Positions 32,171-43,291 of a stretch of 64,000 nt of DNA are shown here, piece after piece; the stretch's first letter is position 1, and every line of letters starts with the position of its first letter. The notes beneath the pieces were generated by a model. It did no database searches. It was not told where the DNA came from and saw nothing but the letters and a program-made list of their open reading frames with translations. This stretch comes from Babesia bigemina (lineage: Eukaryota), in NCBI RefSeq assembly GCF_000981445.1, contig NC_027216.1, forward strand, positions 1,054,001 through 1,118,000, given 5' to 3'. A program made the position numbers and the translations under genes.

Positions 32171-34375
32171 ATGGAAAATCGCAAACCTGCTGAGGATGAA
32201 GTTGAGCTCACGTCCGAGACTTTCGAAGACCTAGACATTGACTATCGCGCCAAGAAGGTCCTGAAAGACAAAGGGTACACGTATCTGACCCATGTGCAGA
32301 GCCGAGTGTTGCCGCTAGCGCTGGCTGGTAAGAATCTGATCATACAGTCGCCCACGGGTTCCGGTAAAACGCTGTGCTTCCTGCTACCAGCGGTGAAGCT
32401 GCTGTTTGACGATGGCTACAACGGCAATTTCCCATCGGACGTTAGCATGTTGGGCTGCATTTGCCTGGCTTCAACACGCGAACTTGCTACCCAAAGCGCT
32501 ATTCAGATGAACGACCTCGCCAGGCCGCTTGGGCTCAAGTCGGGCTGCTGCATCGGGGGAATACGAGACAAGTACGATAAAAGCAATGCCAGACGCCTGC
32601 AGATCCTCACGGGCACTCCTGGGCGCGTGCTCTCGCTGTTGTCCAACGATGCGCTCAGCTATACTTCGAACGTAAAGCTGCTTGTGCTCGACGAAGCGGA
32701 CCGCCTACTGGACAGCGGATTTCGAAACGACATCCTGGACATCGTGAGCTACCTGCCACCCTCCACTCAGATTCTGCTATTCTCCGCAACAATCAGGTCG
32801 TCACTGCAGGACCTCTGCGATTATCTGCTGCGCGGCAAGGAGTATGAGTACGTCTGTTTGGGGTCCGACGCGGCGCTGTTGTCGGCATCGAAGTTGCGCC
32901 AAGACTACATCGTGGTGCCAATGAGCCTCAAGCTGCCCGCGCTGTTCCATTTGCTGAGCAAGCATCAACAAAAGCGCTTCATTGTCTTTTTGGCTACGTG
33001 TAAGCAGGTGCGCTTCGTCTACGAGACCTTCAAGCGTTTGATCCCCGCGGTCCCTATGACCGAATGGCACGGCAAGCAGAGCCAGCTGAAACGCAACGAA
33101 CAATTCACCCGTTTCGCCGCGAAACAAAACTACGGTTGCATCTTCACCACCGACGTGGGCGCTCGCGGGGTTGACTTCCCGGCAGTGGACTACGTAGTGC
33201 AGCTTGACATTCCCGATTCGGTATCCACGTACACTCACCGAGTTGGCCGCACTGGTCGCCTGACGGTGGAAGGGACGCGCAGTTTCGGATGCGCCTTTAC
33301 GATATTCTGCGAAAATGAGACCCCGTTGGTGGACGAGTTGAAGGCGGCCGGCGTGAAACTGCACAATTTCACCAAGCTGCTGTGGCCATTTTTGCTACGA
33401 AAGGAGAACTACGTACTGCAGAAGCTGCAGTCTATGCTGGCGAAGGAAGCCTGGCTCAAGGAGGCCGCGCAGCGCGCGGTAACTGCGTACATGCGCTATC
33501 TGACCACGCGCAAATCCGTCACGCTGTCAGGCCACGCTTTGGTTGAGGCGGTTAAGCAGATGGCGCTTGCTTCCGGTTTGCCCACGGCGCCTCACATAGA
33601 AGTTGAGGATGACTCCCCCACCGAAAAGGTGAGCAAGCTGTCTAAGTTGAAGGAAAAAATCCGTGCCAAAAAACGCGAGAATGCTGCGAAAGAACGACTG
33701 TCGGCGGGCGATGGCCACGTTTCTAGCGAGCCGGCTTCTTCAAGCGGACCTCGTGCTGATGTGAACCGTTCAAGTCAAAAAGTCGCGCAGCACAAGGCTG
33801 CGCCATCGGAGACAGACTCTGACTCTGACACCAGCGAAGCAGGCAGTAATGAATCATCCGGCGATGATTCGCCCGTGGATTCAGACGGATCTGACGTGGA
33901 TGAGCTATCGGAAGATGGGTCACCCGTGGCAGGATCAGACGGACAGAGCGGCAGTGGCAGCGATGCCGCAGACAATACAGGCGAGCTGTTGAAGAGGGGC
34001 AGCGATGAACGAGTGGAGGAGGACCTTCGGTTGTACGAGGAACGAAGAGCCGCCGAGGACCGCGAGGATATTCGCTTGAAATCTGCTCTTGCGTCAACAC
34101 GCAAGAAGCTACGTTTGAACCGTCACGGTGTGGCAAAGATCCGGGGCGTGGAGACGATACGCCAGTCGGGGCAAAAACACACCATGTTTGACGCGGACTC
34201 CGATGAGGAAGAGGGCACGCGATACGAAGCGGCGCCGCCCGCGCTCGACGACATGCTGAGGGAGAAGGAGACCTACATAAAGAGCCTCTCGGAACGCCTT
34301 AAGGCCGCCAAGAAGGACGACCACGAGTGGGAAGCCCGACGTAGAGCGGAACGCCGCGCAAAGCGCCTTAAGTAG
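32171..34375 (+). CDS. DBP4: DEAD-box RNA helicase, DBP4/DDX10-like
   Basis: SPTGSGKT, DEAD, SAT and HRVGRTGR motifs. IVFLATCKQVRFVYETF...HGKQSQ is characteristic of DBP4. Confidence 0.85.
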   Translation: MENRKPAEDEVELTSETFEDLDIDYRAKKVLKDKGYTYLTHVQSRVLPLALAGKNLIIQSPTGSGKTLCFLLPAVKLLFDDGYNGNFPSDVSMLGCICLASTRELATQSAIQMNDLARPLGLKSGCCIGGIRDKYDKSNARRLQILTGTPGRVLSLLSNDALSYTSNVKLLVLDEADRLLDSGFRNDILDIVSYLPPSTQILLFSATIRSSLQDLCDYLLRGKEYEYVCLGSDAALLSASKLRQDYIVVPMSLKLPALFHLLSKHQQKRFIVFLATCKQVRFVYETFKRLIPAVPMTEWHGKQSQLKRNEQFTRFAAKQNYGCIFTTDVGARGVDFPAVDYVVQLDIPDSVSTYTHRVGRTGRLTVEGTRSFGCAFTIFCENETPLVDELKAAGVKLHNFTKLLWPFLLRKENYVLQKLQSMLAKEAWLKEAAQRAVTAYMRYLTTRKSVTLSGHALVEAVKQMALASGLPTAPHIEVEDDSPTEKVSKLSKLKEKIRAKKRENAAKERLSAGDGHVSSEPASSSGPRADVNRSSQKVAQHKAAPSETDSDSDTSEAGSNESSGDDSPVDSDGSDVDELSEDGSPVAGSDGQSGSGSDAADNTGELLKRGSDERVEEDLRLYEERRAAEDREDIRLKSALASTRKKLRLNRHGVAKIRGVETIRQSGQKHTMFDADSDEEEGTRYEAAPPALDDMLREKETYIKSLSERLKAAKKDDHEWEARRRAERRAKRLK

Positions 34376-34520
34376 AGCGTTACACTAACGACGCGGTGAA
34401 AACACAGTGCTAAAAGCAGATAAAGCGGTCAAATATTAACGTGGTAATGTACATAGTCGCAGCGGTTCCCACGAACCGATACATCGCGAATGGTGCTGGA
34501 GCCGGATGCGTTAAGATGAT

Positions 34521-36005
34521 TCACTCGTCATCAAAGCCGTTGTAATGCATGGACATATCCTCGAAGTCAGGCTCCGGGGGAACTATACCGGGTCTGAGCT
34601 TCCATTCGCTGTCCTCCGTGAACCCTTGTTGTTTGTACAATGCATCCAGGGCAGAGCTGCACATCTTAGTGAGTCCCTCCACGTCGAGGTATTTCTTCCA
34701 CGGGTTCTTGTGCATACGAATAAGGTGCATGATGTGCGCTTGCTGCAGGTTCCTGCTTCGCGAGCATTTAGTGGTCTTCGCACAAAGTCTGCAAACGACG
34801 CTGACCTCGCTTGGACGCCGGTCTGATACCATGACGTAAGTCCAGGCAATGCGCGCCCAGTTCGCCTTTTGTGCACATTTTGCGCTGTTGGCTGGTTGCC
34901 TCTTCTTACGCGGCGATAAACCCATGGGTGGCACTGCGGCGACCGCAGCGTCCATGTAGTTATCCTCCGTGACCGTGCTGCCTGCGTGCTGGCTTGCCAG
35001 CTCACAATAGTTTCGCACAGCCTCTCGTTGTTCTTTTAGGAGTTGGAATCGCTCCACAGGCGTCGAGTTCCTTATTTTCATGGCTATGGCCATCCACATG
35101 GCCTCCCATTCTCCGAATCGCTTTACGTTGAAGTTCTTGCTGAGGCGCTTTCCGTTCTCCCACCATCTGCACCTCCAGCTGCAATGACCACGGTTGAGAT
35201 CGCGCCACACACAGTGTATTGGGTGGTTTTTGTCTAACGAGTACTTCCCGCTGGACTCCTTATCAGGAAGATATTGCACGTTTGCCGCTATTTCGTTGGC
35301 AATTTCGACGACTACCGCATCGTTGGCCATCGCATCCGTGTATCTGCACGGCGAGAATGCATCCTCGAAGTTCACAACGCTCTTGTAATAGTTTCCATCA
35401 GGCGCAACACCGGTGCTGAATCTCGAATCCACAGCTGGCATCGGCAGACTCTCGTATTCAGGAGAATACGCCAAGTCAAAGCCGTCGTCGACCATCTCTG
35501 GGTTCACGGAGGACCTAAGGTGCGGTGTTGTGGCCGCCGTGCTGCATTCAGCGAAGGTACGAGCGTCGTCGTCGATTTCGGCCTTAGCCGCGCCGACCAT
35601 GTGAGCCATCGTTGAACATGGCATGCCATAGAATACCGGGTCTCCACTTGGGAAAAAGGTTAGATCCATCGGCCCATACATGTACGGGCTACTATATCCC
35701 GCCATCGGTGCAATGGGCGGCTCGGAATAGACATACATAGGGGGTGCTACCGTTTTAGAGAGGTCTTCAGGTCCGTTCTGATAGTACGTAGTGCTCATGT
35801 AATCCGCCCCGGCTGGGACGAACCCCTCATCATAGTAGCATCCCACTGGGTTTTGGGCCATCCCACCGGGCACGTAATAGCCCTGTTCCTCCGGCGAGCA
35901 ATAACCCACTAAAGTTTCTGACATAGAAATGTCGCAAGGGGAACCCTCCTGCGCAATGGGTCCAATGTGATCCATCGTTATCCGTTGGGAGATGTTCCGG
36001 TCCAT
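34521..36005 (-). CDS. AP2-G: ApiAP2 transcription factor, AP2-G orthologue candidate
   Basis: AP2 domain HPIHCVWRDLNRGHCSWRCRWWENGKRLSKNFNVKRFG closely matches the AP2-G domain as I recall it. It lies next to GAP45, as in Plasmodium. Confidence 0.8.
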   Translation of the reverse strand: MDRNISQRITMDHIGPIAQEGSPCDISMSETLVGYCSPEEQGYYVPGGMAQNPVGCYYDEGFVPAGADYMSTTYYQNGPEDLSKTVAPPMYVYSEPPIAPMAGYSSPYMYGPMDLTFFPSGDPVFYGMPCSTMAHMVGAAKAEIDDDARTFAECSTAATTPHLRSSVNPEMVDDGFDLAYSPEYESLPMPAVDSRFSTGVAPDGNYYKSVVNFEDAFSPCRYTDAMANDAVVVEIANEIAANVQYLPDKESSGKYSLDKNHPIHCVWRDLNRGHCSWRCRWWENGKRLSKNFNVKRFGEWEAMWMAIAMKIRNSTPVERFQLLKEQREAVRNYCELASQHAGSTVTEDNYMDAAVAAVPPMGLSPRKKRQPANSAKCAQKANWARIAWTYVMVSDRRPSEVSVVCRLCAKTTKCSRSRNLQQAHIMHLIRMHKNPWKKYLDVEGLTKMCSSALDALYKQQGFTEDSEWKLRPGIVPPEPDFEDMSMHYNGFDDE

Positions 36006-37836
36006 AAAGCGCTTGTGTGGCGCCAGTCAATCGAAGACACACAGGTCTTTTGCGGTGTTTTTAGAGGGATCTTTGCCCTCTGACGCTTTGCGAAAAGAAT
36101 TGCATAGAAATATAACGCCACTTTGGATGCGCTATATTTCTACGGTAAAAAATGTATTGTAACTAGGGTACCCCGACCGGGCATGGGGCCCTTAATAGTG
36201 TAGCCCTATAATGAGCAAACGCACGTGAACATGATCGGCGTCGTCTAATTACGCCTCGCATGATGGTGTGTGTTAGTCAAATCCAAATACAGTTTGGGAT
36301 CACGGTCTGTTGGGTATTCTGTCTCCTCGTCACGGCACACATCTCTCGTGTACGCCATAAGTGCCTCGCCGCCAGAGCTTAGGCGCCCCAACGTTAAATG
36401 AGCGATTCCGGCGCTCTATTATTATACTTTACCTCGTTTCGTGTCTATGTTGTTGTAATGAGCCGCCTTGCGTCCCGTGTTCGCCGGAAAGTTGAGTGTT
36501 TACTTGTATTTCGCAACTCGATAACACCAGCACGAACGTTCTGTCCCGTTTGTAACTCAGTGCGTATTGTGGGTTATTTTAAGGGTCGCGTAATGTTGCG
36601 GTGACTGCTTTCATCTGGTGCGCATTGTTTAATGACTGTCTCTGGACCCCTGGCGTGTACAACTGGCGATTTGCCCTCCTATGTGCGTTCTTTTGGCACA
36701 CAGGCGCCCCGTTGGCACATTCATGGTGCTAGTGTAATATGTATTTTCCCTGCTCACCACGCTAGCTTTCCGACACGCATATTGAAATGTACCTCTCGTA
36801 CGTGTCACAAGCACGATTCGAGCGGCTACTTGTTAACATTTATCCTCTACGTTGGAGGAGTTTGACTTTCGCGATTTATTGCGCTATGAGAGAGCGTGGT
36901 TTTTGTCTACCGCTTTCAGGGAGTTGTGCGAGTTCGCCATGTCGGTTTGTACTCAGAACTACGTTTCAGCCGTAGGAGTGGCGCTTAATAACAGTGCGTT
37001 TGCAATGGAAACGTGGAATTAATCACGATTGTTTGCAAATAGTGCCGCGCAGCAGCGTTCGTCACGTTTCGGCTGCTACGGCATACGGTATTACCGACCT
37101 AATATGTCAAACCATTCTTCGACAGACTAGGTTTTCGCATAACCAGTTGCCGAAAAGCCGCTTGTTTTTCGAATATATCAGCGTAGAACCCTTGGTTCGT
37201 ATTAACGAGCTACAATAGGTTGCGTACGCTTTCACAAAATTTCACAGGCGAAAGTTTGAAAAACCAGCGGGTCAAGAAACGTGTGAGGTGACGCAACACA
37301 CGCCTCTATAAGTACCGTTCAGTGAATCAGAATTGCGTATTATTGGCCGGTGCATTCAGGCATCGTGCACTTGTGCGCGCCATGAACACGGCGGCGTCGG
37401 ATGGATGGCCCTGACGTTGACGCAACGCCGGACCATTGGTGTATTCGAATTTTCGAATTATTAATATCACGGCGCTATCGTTCGTACGCACGCGTGTGGG
37501 CCTTATTCCGAGTTATATTTCGTAGTTCATTTGCGCACGTGTGACCCATACAGGTACGTTTCGAAATGCTAACTTAAGCTTCTTGCCGGTCTTTATGCTA
37601 CAAAATTGTGGCGAACGTATGTGACATATCCGGTTTTTTCGCTGAGTCTTCACAGCATTACTTGTTCGCGGAAGTGAATCCTTCCACTCTGCTTAACTAA
37701 AGAGCAGCTCCTAGAAAGAGTTGCCATTCGTTGCCGTGTCGTAATACTGACTGTGTGTGAATGCTACATTCTTTTGTTACGTCTGTTTGGGCTGATAGAC
37801 AACGTGTTGCATTGCTCAGTATTTGCAGTTGTCAAA
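36006..37836. promoter_or_regulatory. Long divergent intergenic region (AP2-G / GAP45) with GxGTAC motifs
   Basis: Longest intergenic stretch in the window. GxGTAC/GTACxC at 36166, 36348, 36655, 36949, 37222 and 37484. Confidence 0.45.
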
Positions 37837-38457
37837 ATGCCGCTGTGCTGTTCGAAGAAGGCCGCTCAGCGCCAGAAGGAGTATGAAGAGGAAGTTCGTA
37901 TGCGCAAGCAAGAGGAAGCCGCTCGCATTGAAAAGGAGCAGCGCGAGCGCGAAGATGCGCGCAAGGCCGAGATTGAGCGCATAATGCAGGAGGAAAAGCA
38001 GGCGAAACTTATGCAGCAGTACGCGGAAGAGGAAATGGCCGAGCAGGAGAGGTTGAAGCAAGAGCAGGAGGCCTTGGAAGCTCAAAGACGAGCTGAACAG
38101 GAGGGTATGATGGGAGACGGTATGGGAGGGGACATGGAGGACCACGAGCAGTATGAGGATGCACAATCGATGAGTAAAATGGCTTCCGGTGAGTGCTCAC
38201 ATGTTTATATTGCATTTGACTCAGGTGTCTCGCGTGCTTCGATGGATGCTACTGGGGCTGTCCAGTCAGAAGGCCCTGGTAACCAGGACGACTCGTTCGA
38301 GATGCAAACGTACACGCCGTTTGACATGACCACGGTTGATCAAACCGCACGCTACGTCGCCAACAAGTGCGGTTGCGCGTTGAAGCCTGAACACAAGCCC
38401 TTCGAGTGTGCCATATGCCAAGGAATTGACCTGTCCGACGCCCCGCTTATTGCCTAA
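37837..38457 (+). CDS. GAP45: Glideosome-associated protein 45; intron 38189-38224
   Basis: Charged coiled coil and the conserved C-terminus TPFDM...KCGC.L...H....C.IC..IDLSDAPL. Confidence 0.9.
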   Translation: MPLCCSKKAAQRQKEYEEEVRMRKQEEAARIEKEQREREDARKAEIERIMQEEKQAKLMQQYAEEEMAEQERLKQEQEALEAQRRAEQEGMMGDGMGGDMEDHEQYEDAQSMSKMASGECSHVYIAFDSGVSRASMDATGAVQSEGPGNQDDSFEMQTYTPFDMTTVDQTARYVANKCGCALKPEHKPFECAICQGIDLSDAPLIA

Positions 38458-38761
38458 TCCGGTCTCTTTATCGTATGGTCAATTAATGATTGTGGAGAAT
38501 CTGGGGGACACACACGCTGCGTTTTACAGGGGCGGAGCATGGTGTTGCCTGTCTTCGGCCACGGCGTAAGTCCGATTTTGTCGGACGTAGGTCTACGCGT
38601 AGCGTCACGGGTTCGTAATATTAGCAACAATTATTGAATGTACTGTGCATTTCATTTTACAGTGCAATGTAAAAAACAGCTTCCGGAAGGAAGTTCGCAG
38701 TTGTTGACGTGTATGGGGCTTGTAAAAACAGCCCCCAACAGTCTTGGCCGGCGACCCGCAG

Positions 38762-39939
38762 TCATAGCGGACAAGGTAAATGTAAGATTTCGTTCCTCGG
38801 CGCTGTTCCATGCAGCGCTGCGAGCTGTAGTTTAAAAAATGTGTATTCCTTCCTGGTTAATGCGTCCATGTCGCCGACGAAGTTCTGCGTTCCATGCACA
38901 ACATCAGCGAGTACTGACGATACCTCTGATTCCAGGTAGTCCAGAATGGCGTCACAGAGCTTGTCAACCTCCTGCTTAGGAATCCCATTCGCTGCATTAA
39001 AAGTGTGGCATGGCGCGACATCTGCGTGCGACAGTGACTGGCTGCTTCCGGCTATAAGCCTCGATAGTATGCCCTCGACTTCAGCGGCGTCATCGGGCTG
39101 CGTGACCCCTTCATACAGCGCTTCCTCGCGTAATCGCGCGTCAGCGTTATCCACAGCCACCTGGAAGTCTGAGTCGAGGTCACACCCAACCAGGAGTGTT
39201 GTCAACACCCCACTGCACTCAGATTCGCGTTGCGTCATTTTTCCAGTCTTCGTTCCGACCATTCATAGTCAAGGTCTCCGCAACGTACTCTACACACACC
39301 ACCTCGGAAACATTTTCCTGGGGCGAGGAATTTTCCTTATTCGGGGCCCGTTGCGGTAGCGAAGACTCATTCACACGGGCTGGCCCACCTCCTTAGCGCA
39401 CACCATGAGGAGCTCTAAGAATTCGTCCATATCGGGCGGCAGTTTTGCCTCGCCGGCATCGAGCCTGAAACGCAATTCAGTGCAGCGATCACGATAACAA
39501 CGTACCGTGTTACAAACGCAGAATCATCCCCGCGATCTTCGGCGCCCACATCAGCAAAATCGAAGGAGATTCCGCAGCTGGGCGTTGGAATACCTGAATC
39601 GGATTCATGATCGTCGGTAGAGTCGTCACATGCCGTAGAGCTCACATCATAGTGACAACCTTGCGCAGCTACGCTATTCAGCCTTATCATCTCCTCGACT
39701 TCCGACTTTACCAAAGAAACCGAAACCCTTTGGTGCACACCAGCTGCGTACTCGCCCTCAATAAATTTATCGGACGGCTGCAGAGTGTTAAACGCATAGT
39801 TGACGCAGCGGTAAATCTTCGCCGACAAGTAATACAGCTGCGCTATGGGACCATTCGGGCAATTGCCCACAGAATACGCGCAAGTTTTGCGCAGAATGTT
39901 GCGCGGAAAGCAAGGACTTTCGACGGCGGAATTCGCCAT
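38762..39939 (-). CDS. Hypothetical multi-exon protein
   Basis: Two long same-strand ORF segments (39415-39939, 38762-39262) with intron-like gaps. No family recognised and exon limits are uncertain. Confidence 0.5.
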
Positions 39940-40353
39940 GCTTTCAGTCCGCGCAGTGTTGCCGCTACCGGGGAGCGGCTAAATCCGTCATCTAATTAGC
40001 CGACAGAGTCGCTCAGTGATATTTCGAGTAACAGGTGCGGTATGGAGTCGTACGCGCGGCCTCGCACGAGATGGGGAACCTACAGACTGAATCGGACTGT
40101 GTAGCGCGGGCACAAAGCTAGTATGAGTTTGACTGCTCTTTGAGCACCGTTTAAAGGGGGAATTAACGGTGTGCTTCGCGAGGCTCTCAATTAGTGGCGC
40201 AAAAGATACGTTTTCACCGTCCACACATCTCGTCAAGTAGCGCGCAGCTTAAAGCAGTTTACGAGCGTTCCGAGATGGTCGGACAGTTCGACGTTTCTTT
40301 AGCTACCACTAGATTTGTTTGCCAGGGGTAGCCGTTGTTCAGGGAGGGTGAAG

Positions 40354-43248
40354 ATGGATTTCTATATAAGCAGCCTGGCGGCACGGATTCCGTGCACGCG
40401 GCTACATCGGCAGGTCCAGGATCCGCGAGGACGCCCAGTTGCGGCCTTTGCAATCAGCCGAGATGGAAGACTTGCCGCTATGGCGACGTACCCCAGGGAG
40501 TACCGTTCGGTGGAACGTTCCGTGAACGTGCTCTTCAAAGATGGGAAGGCCTTGAGGACGTCAAATTACCACAAGGCGGTACAACGCCAACGCAGGCTTA
40601 CGGAGCAGCACCATGAATTGGAGTACAACGTGGAGCAGTACATTCGCCACTCGCTCCAGATGGACACCTTCGGAAGCTTGGTGGAGGAGGTCGCGATGAG
40701 CACCCCAAGTCTGAGCGCCATAATCAGGGATAACAACCCGGAGCCGGCGCCAGAGCCACGCCCAATCGTGCCATGTGCAGTGGTGATATACGACACAATG
40801 TACTTCAACCCGGTGGAGGAGTTCGTGTACGGTTATAAGTTGAATGACGCTGTCTACATGAAAAATTCCGCCACGAATACACCCTCTGCGGGCGTCGTGG
40901 AGCCAAGCGCACATCTCCCTCCGCACATAGCTAGCGCGATATCGAGCAAGTGTCTTTTCCGCCCAACCAAGATGAGCTTCGTTTGTAATGATTCGGTGCT
41001 GGTGATATCGTCGCCTGACGACGGCGCGAAGCTTTTCTCTATGGACACGGAGTATGTTGAGCTCCTCTGCCACTTCCGACCTCAGCTGAGGGATGATGTG
41101 AATATGGAGAGCCTGAAGATACTCACTGTCAACGTGGTGATGGCTGACTTGACGGACCACTGTTCTGAACTCCCATCTGTATTTGTCAGCCCTTACGTCT
41201 TTTGCCATGCTTGTCAGCAAGCTGTCCTAAAAGATGTAGAGGCATGTCAGGGAGACGCTGTGCCGTATACGGTCGTGATTGAATGCGTACTGTCTCTGTC
41301 ATCGCACCCCCCCCTTCGTATGGTGCTTCATTCCCGGTGGCCAAGCGGCGACGTCGCCGTCCACTCTGTACACCAGATGTATCCGTATGTGGAGCAGCTT
41401 TCGGCTCCGGTAGATTACGTTGTCTCGGTTTTTAGGGCTCGACTCACCGACACTGAAGAATTTGATATTATGAATCGAGTTCATACCTACTGGGCGATGG
41501 AGCCGTATATGCACGACAAAACGGAGTTCCTGATACACTCGGATAAGCCTATAGCGTGCGGATACACAAAAACGCTCCTCGCTTCCAAGGTCAACAGCCG
41601 GGACTACTTGGAAGACTACCAGTTGATCGCCATGTACACACCCGACTCACAGCTCTATGTCATGGATACGGAATGTAATGTGCTCGGGCAGACGGAAGTT
41701 CACAACGCCGAAGAAGGGTTTTTCACAATTGATGTCGATCGCACCGGGAGCATGATAGCTCTCATTGGGACTGAATCGATTTTCGTCTACCGACTGCACG
41801 TATCTCGTGACGAGGACGGTGCGATGTCAGTGGCGTTCCAACTTCAAATGAAATTCCCACACGTCGTGGGAGTCGGAAGGCGCGAGGAGATATTGTCAGC
41901 GTGCTTGGGACGCGATCTGGGCAATCGTTGGATGTACGTATCTGTAGCCCGTGGCTCGGTCGACGCTGTGATGTACGTGGTTGATGTGACGCCGAGCAAA
42001 GGGAAAGATCCCATCAAGAGGACTCTGAACATGAACTCTGTTATATTCCCCTGTATAACGGATATGGTAGCGTTGGAGGGTAGCATCCTTTTAATGCCTC
42101 GCCACCAGCGCTTTTTGGTGCAGCTGACGCAAGAGCACCTGGATAGCACGGACGATACGTACTCTCGCCAGTTCTGCCATTTCCCCCTCTTATCGACAAA
42201 TAAGGAGGCGCTGATGCTTAACTCCGCCGTGGAAAATTGCCCGCAACCTGCACGGGAGAAGTTCGAAATTTTATTGCTAGAACGTGAGCGGCAGATATCC
42301 TCGACCATGCGGACCAGCAACCGTTTGAGCATTGGCCGTTGGCTGGATGCGCTATACCAGTACAACGCATTGTGCATGTACAAAGGGCGTGGAGTAGTAG
42401 AAGGCATGGATCCGCACGACTACTTGCTCCCTCCCCTACGGAGAACGCGGCAGCAGTTCCCATTCGGTTACGACGCCAAGCAGTTCTATGATCCGCTGCT
42501 AGGAATCGAGTTCACCGGCAGCCCGGCGTTAATGCGGGCACAATGCTACGAGTGGGCACGCGATGTTATAACAAGGAGTGGCTTCATCAACCCGTTGTAC
42601 CCAATGGAGGTGGTATACGATGATAAGCTTCAAATGCTGGACTATGTGTGCGCAAAGATTTGCATATCTCAGTGGGACAACCCTGCGGATATACTGTTTT
42701 CTATGCGGAGCAACGATTTCCTGCGTCTTCAACTGTGCAACTTCTTGAAGATTTCACAGCGCCTCGAGCTACCGTGCGACGCGCAGGGCATGATACCATG
42801 TGAGAAGACAATGATTTTCAAGAAAGTGAGCGAAGTCATGCCGCAGATGCTCGTAGACGGTGTCCAAATACCAGTTAGACAGAGTCGCGCGTCTCTAGAG
42901 CGGGAGGCGTTCGAGTTCATACGGCAACAGTTGGTGCCAGAGCTGGTCAGCATTCCGGCAAATAAGTTGAAGAAGATCATACGGGACAGACTCTACCGTT
43001 TGCGCAAGAAGCTGACAGTTCTGGAACGATACAAGCAGGAACACGACCTCCTCGACGTGCGCCCTGATTTCACACTTGACGAAATTGCACGCAACGACTG
43101 TAGGCTACCGACATTCCGCGACTCTGTCGATACGCGCGAAGTGCTGTTGAGCGAATTCGCAATGCGTGTGCGTATCAAGGTGCTGACTACCTTTTATAAG
43201 GCCCATAAGGATGGCGGCCCCGACTTGGATGAGTTCGACTCTTCCTGA
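40354..43248 (+). CDS. Hypothetical protein with beta-propeller-like segments (weak RBBP5/Swd1 resemblance)
   Basis: ~965-aa ORF with WD-like strands VAAFAISRDGRLAAMA and FTIDVDRTGSMIALIG..IFVY. Start uncertain. Confidence 0.55.
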   Translation: MDFYISSLAARIPCTRLHRQVQDPRGRPVAAFAISRDGRLAAMATYPREYRSVERSVNVLFKDGKALRTSNYHKAVQRQRRLTEQHHELEYNVEQYIRHSLQMDTFGSLVEEVAMSTPSLSAIIRDNNPEPAPEPRPIVPCAVVIYDTMYFNPVEEFVYGYKLNDAVYMKNSATNTPSAGVVEPSAHLPPHIASAISSKCLFRPTKMSFVCNDSVLVISSPDDGAKLFSMDTEYVELLCHFRPQLRDDVNMESLKILTVNVVMADLTDHCSELPSVFVSPYVFCHACQQAVLKDVEACQGDAVPYTVVIECVLSLSSHPPLRMVLHSRWPSGDVAVHSVHQMYPYVEQLSAPVDYVVSVFRARLTDTEEFDIMNRVHTYWAMEPYMHDKTEFLIHSDKPIACGYTKTLLASKVNSRDYLEDYQLIAMYTPDSQLYVMDTECNVLGQTEVHNAEEGFFTIDVDRTGSMIALIGTESIFVYRLHVSRDEDGAMSVAFQLQMKFPHVVGVGRREEILSACLGRDLGNRWMYVSVARGSVDAVMYVVDVTPSKGKDPIKRTLNMNSVIFPCITDMVALEGSILLMPRHQRFLVQLTQEHLDSTDDTYSRQFCHFPLLSTNKEALMLNSAVENCPQPAREKFEILLLERERQISSTMRTSNRLSIGRWLDALYQYNALCMYKGRGVVEGMDPHDYLLPPLRRTRQQFPFGYDAKQFYDPLLGIEFTGSPALMRAQCYEWARDVITRSGFINPLYPMEVVYDDKLQMLDYVCAKICISQWDNPADILFSMRSNDFLRLQLCNFLKISQRLELPCDAQGMIPCEKTMIFKKVSEVMPQMLVDGVQIPVRQSRASLEREAFEFIRQQLVPELVSIPANKLKKIIRDRLYRLRKKLTVLERYKQEHDLLDVRPDFTLDEIARNDCRLPTFRDSVDTREVLLSEFAMRVRIKVLTTFYKAHKDGGPDLDEFDSS

Positions 43249-43291
43249 TATACACGTTCTAATTTTATTTGTATTTTGGAGCATAAAAAAT

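Noticed and set aside
34710..34844. hAT transposon remnant
   Set aside because: The BED-like finger is in frame in a host gene, with no transposase catalytic domain or terminal inverted repeats.
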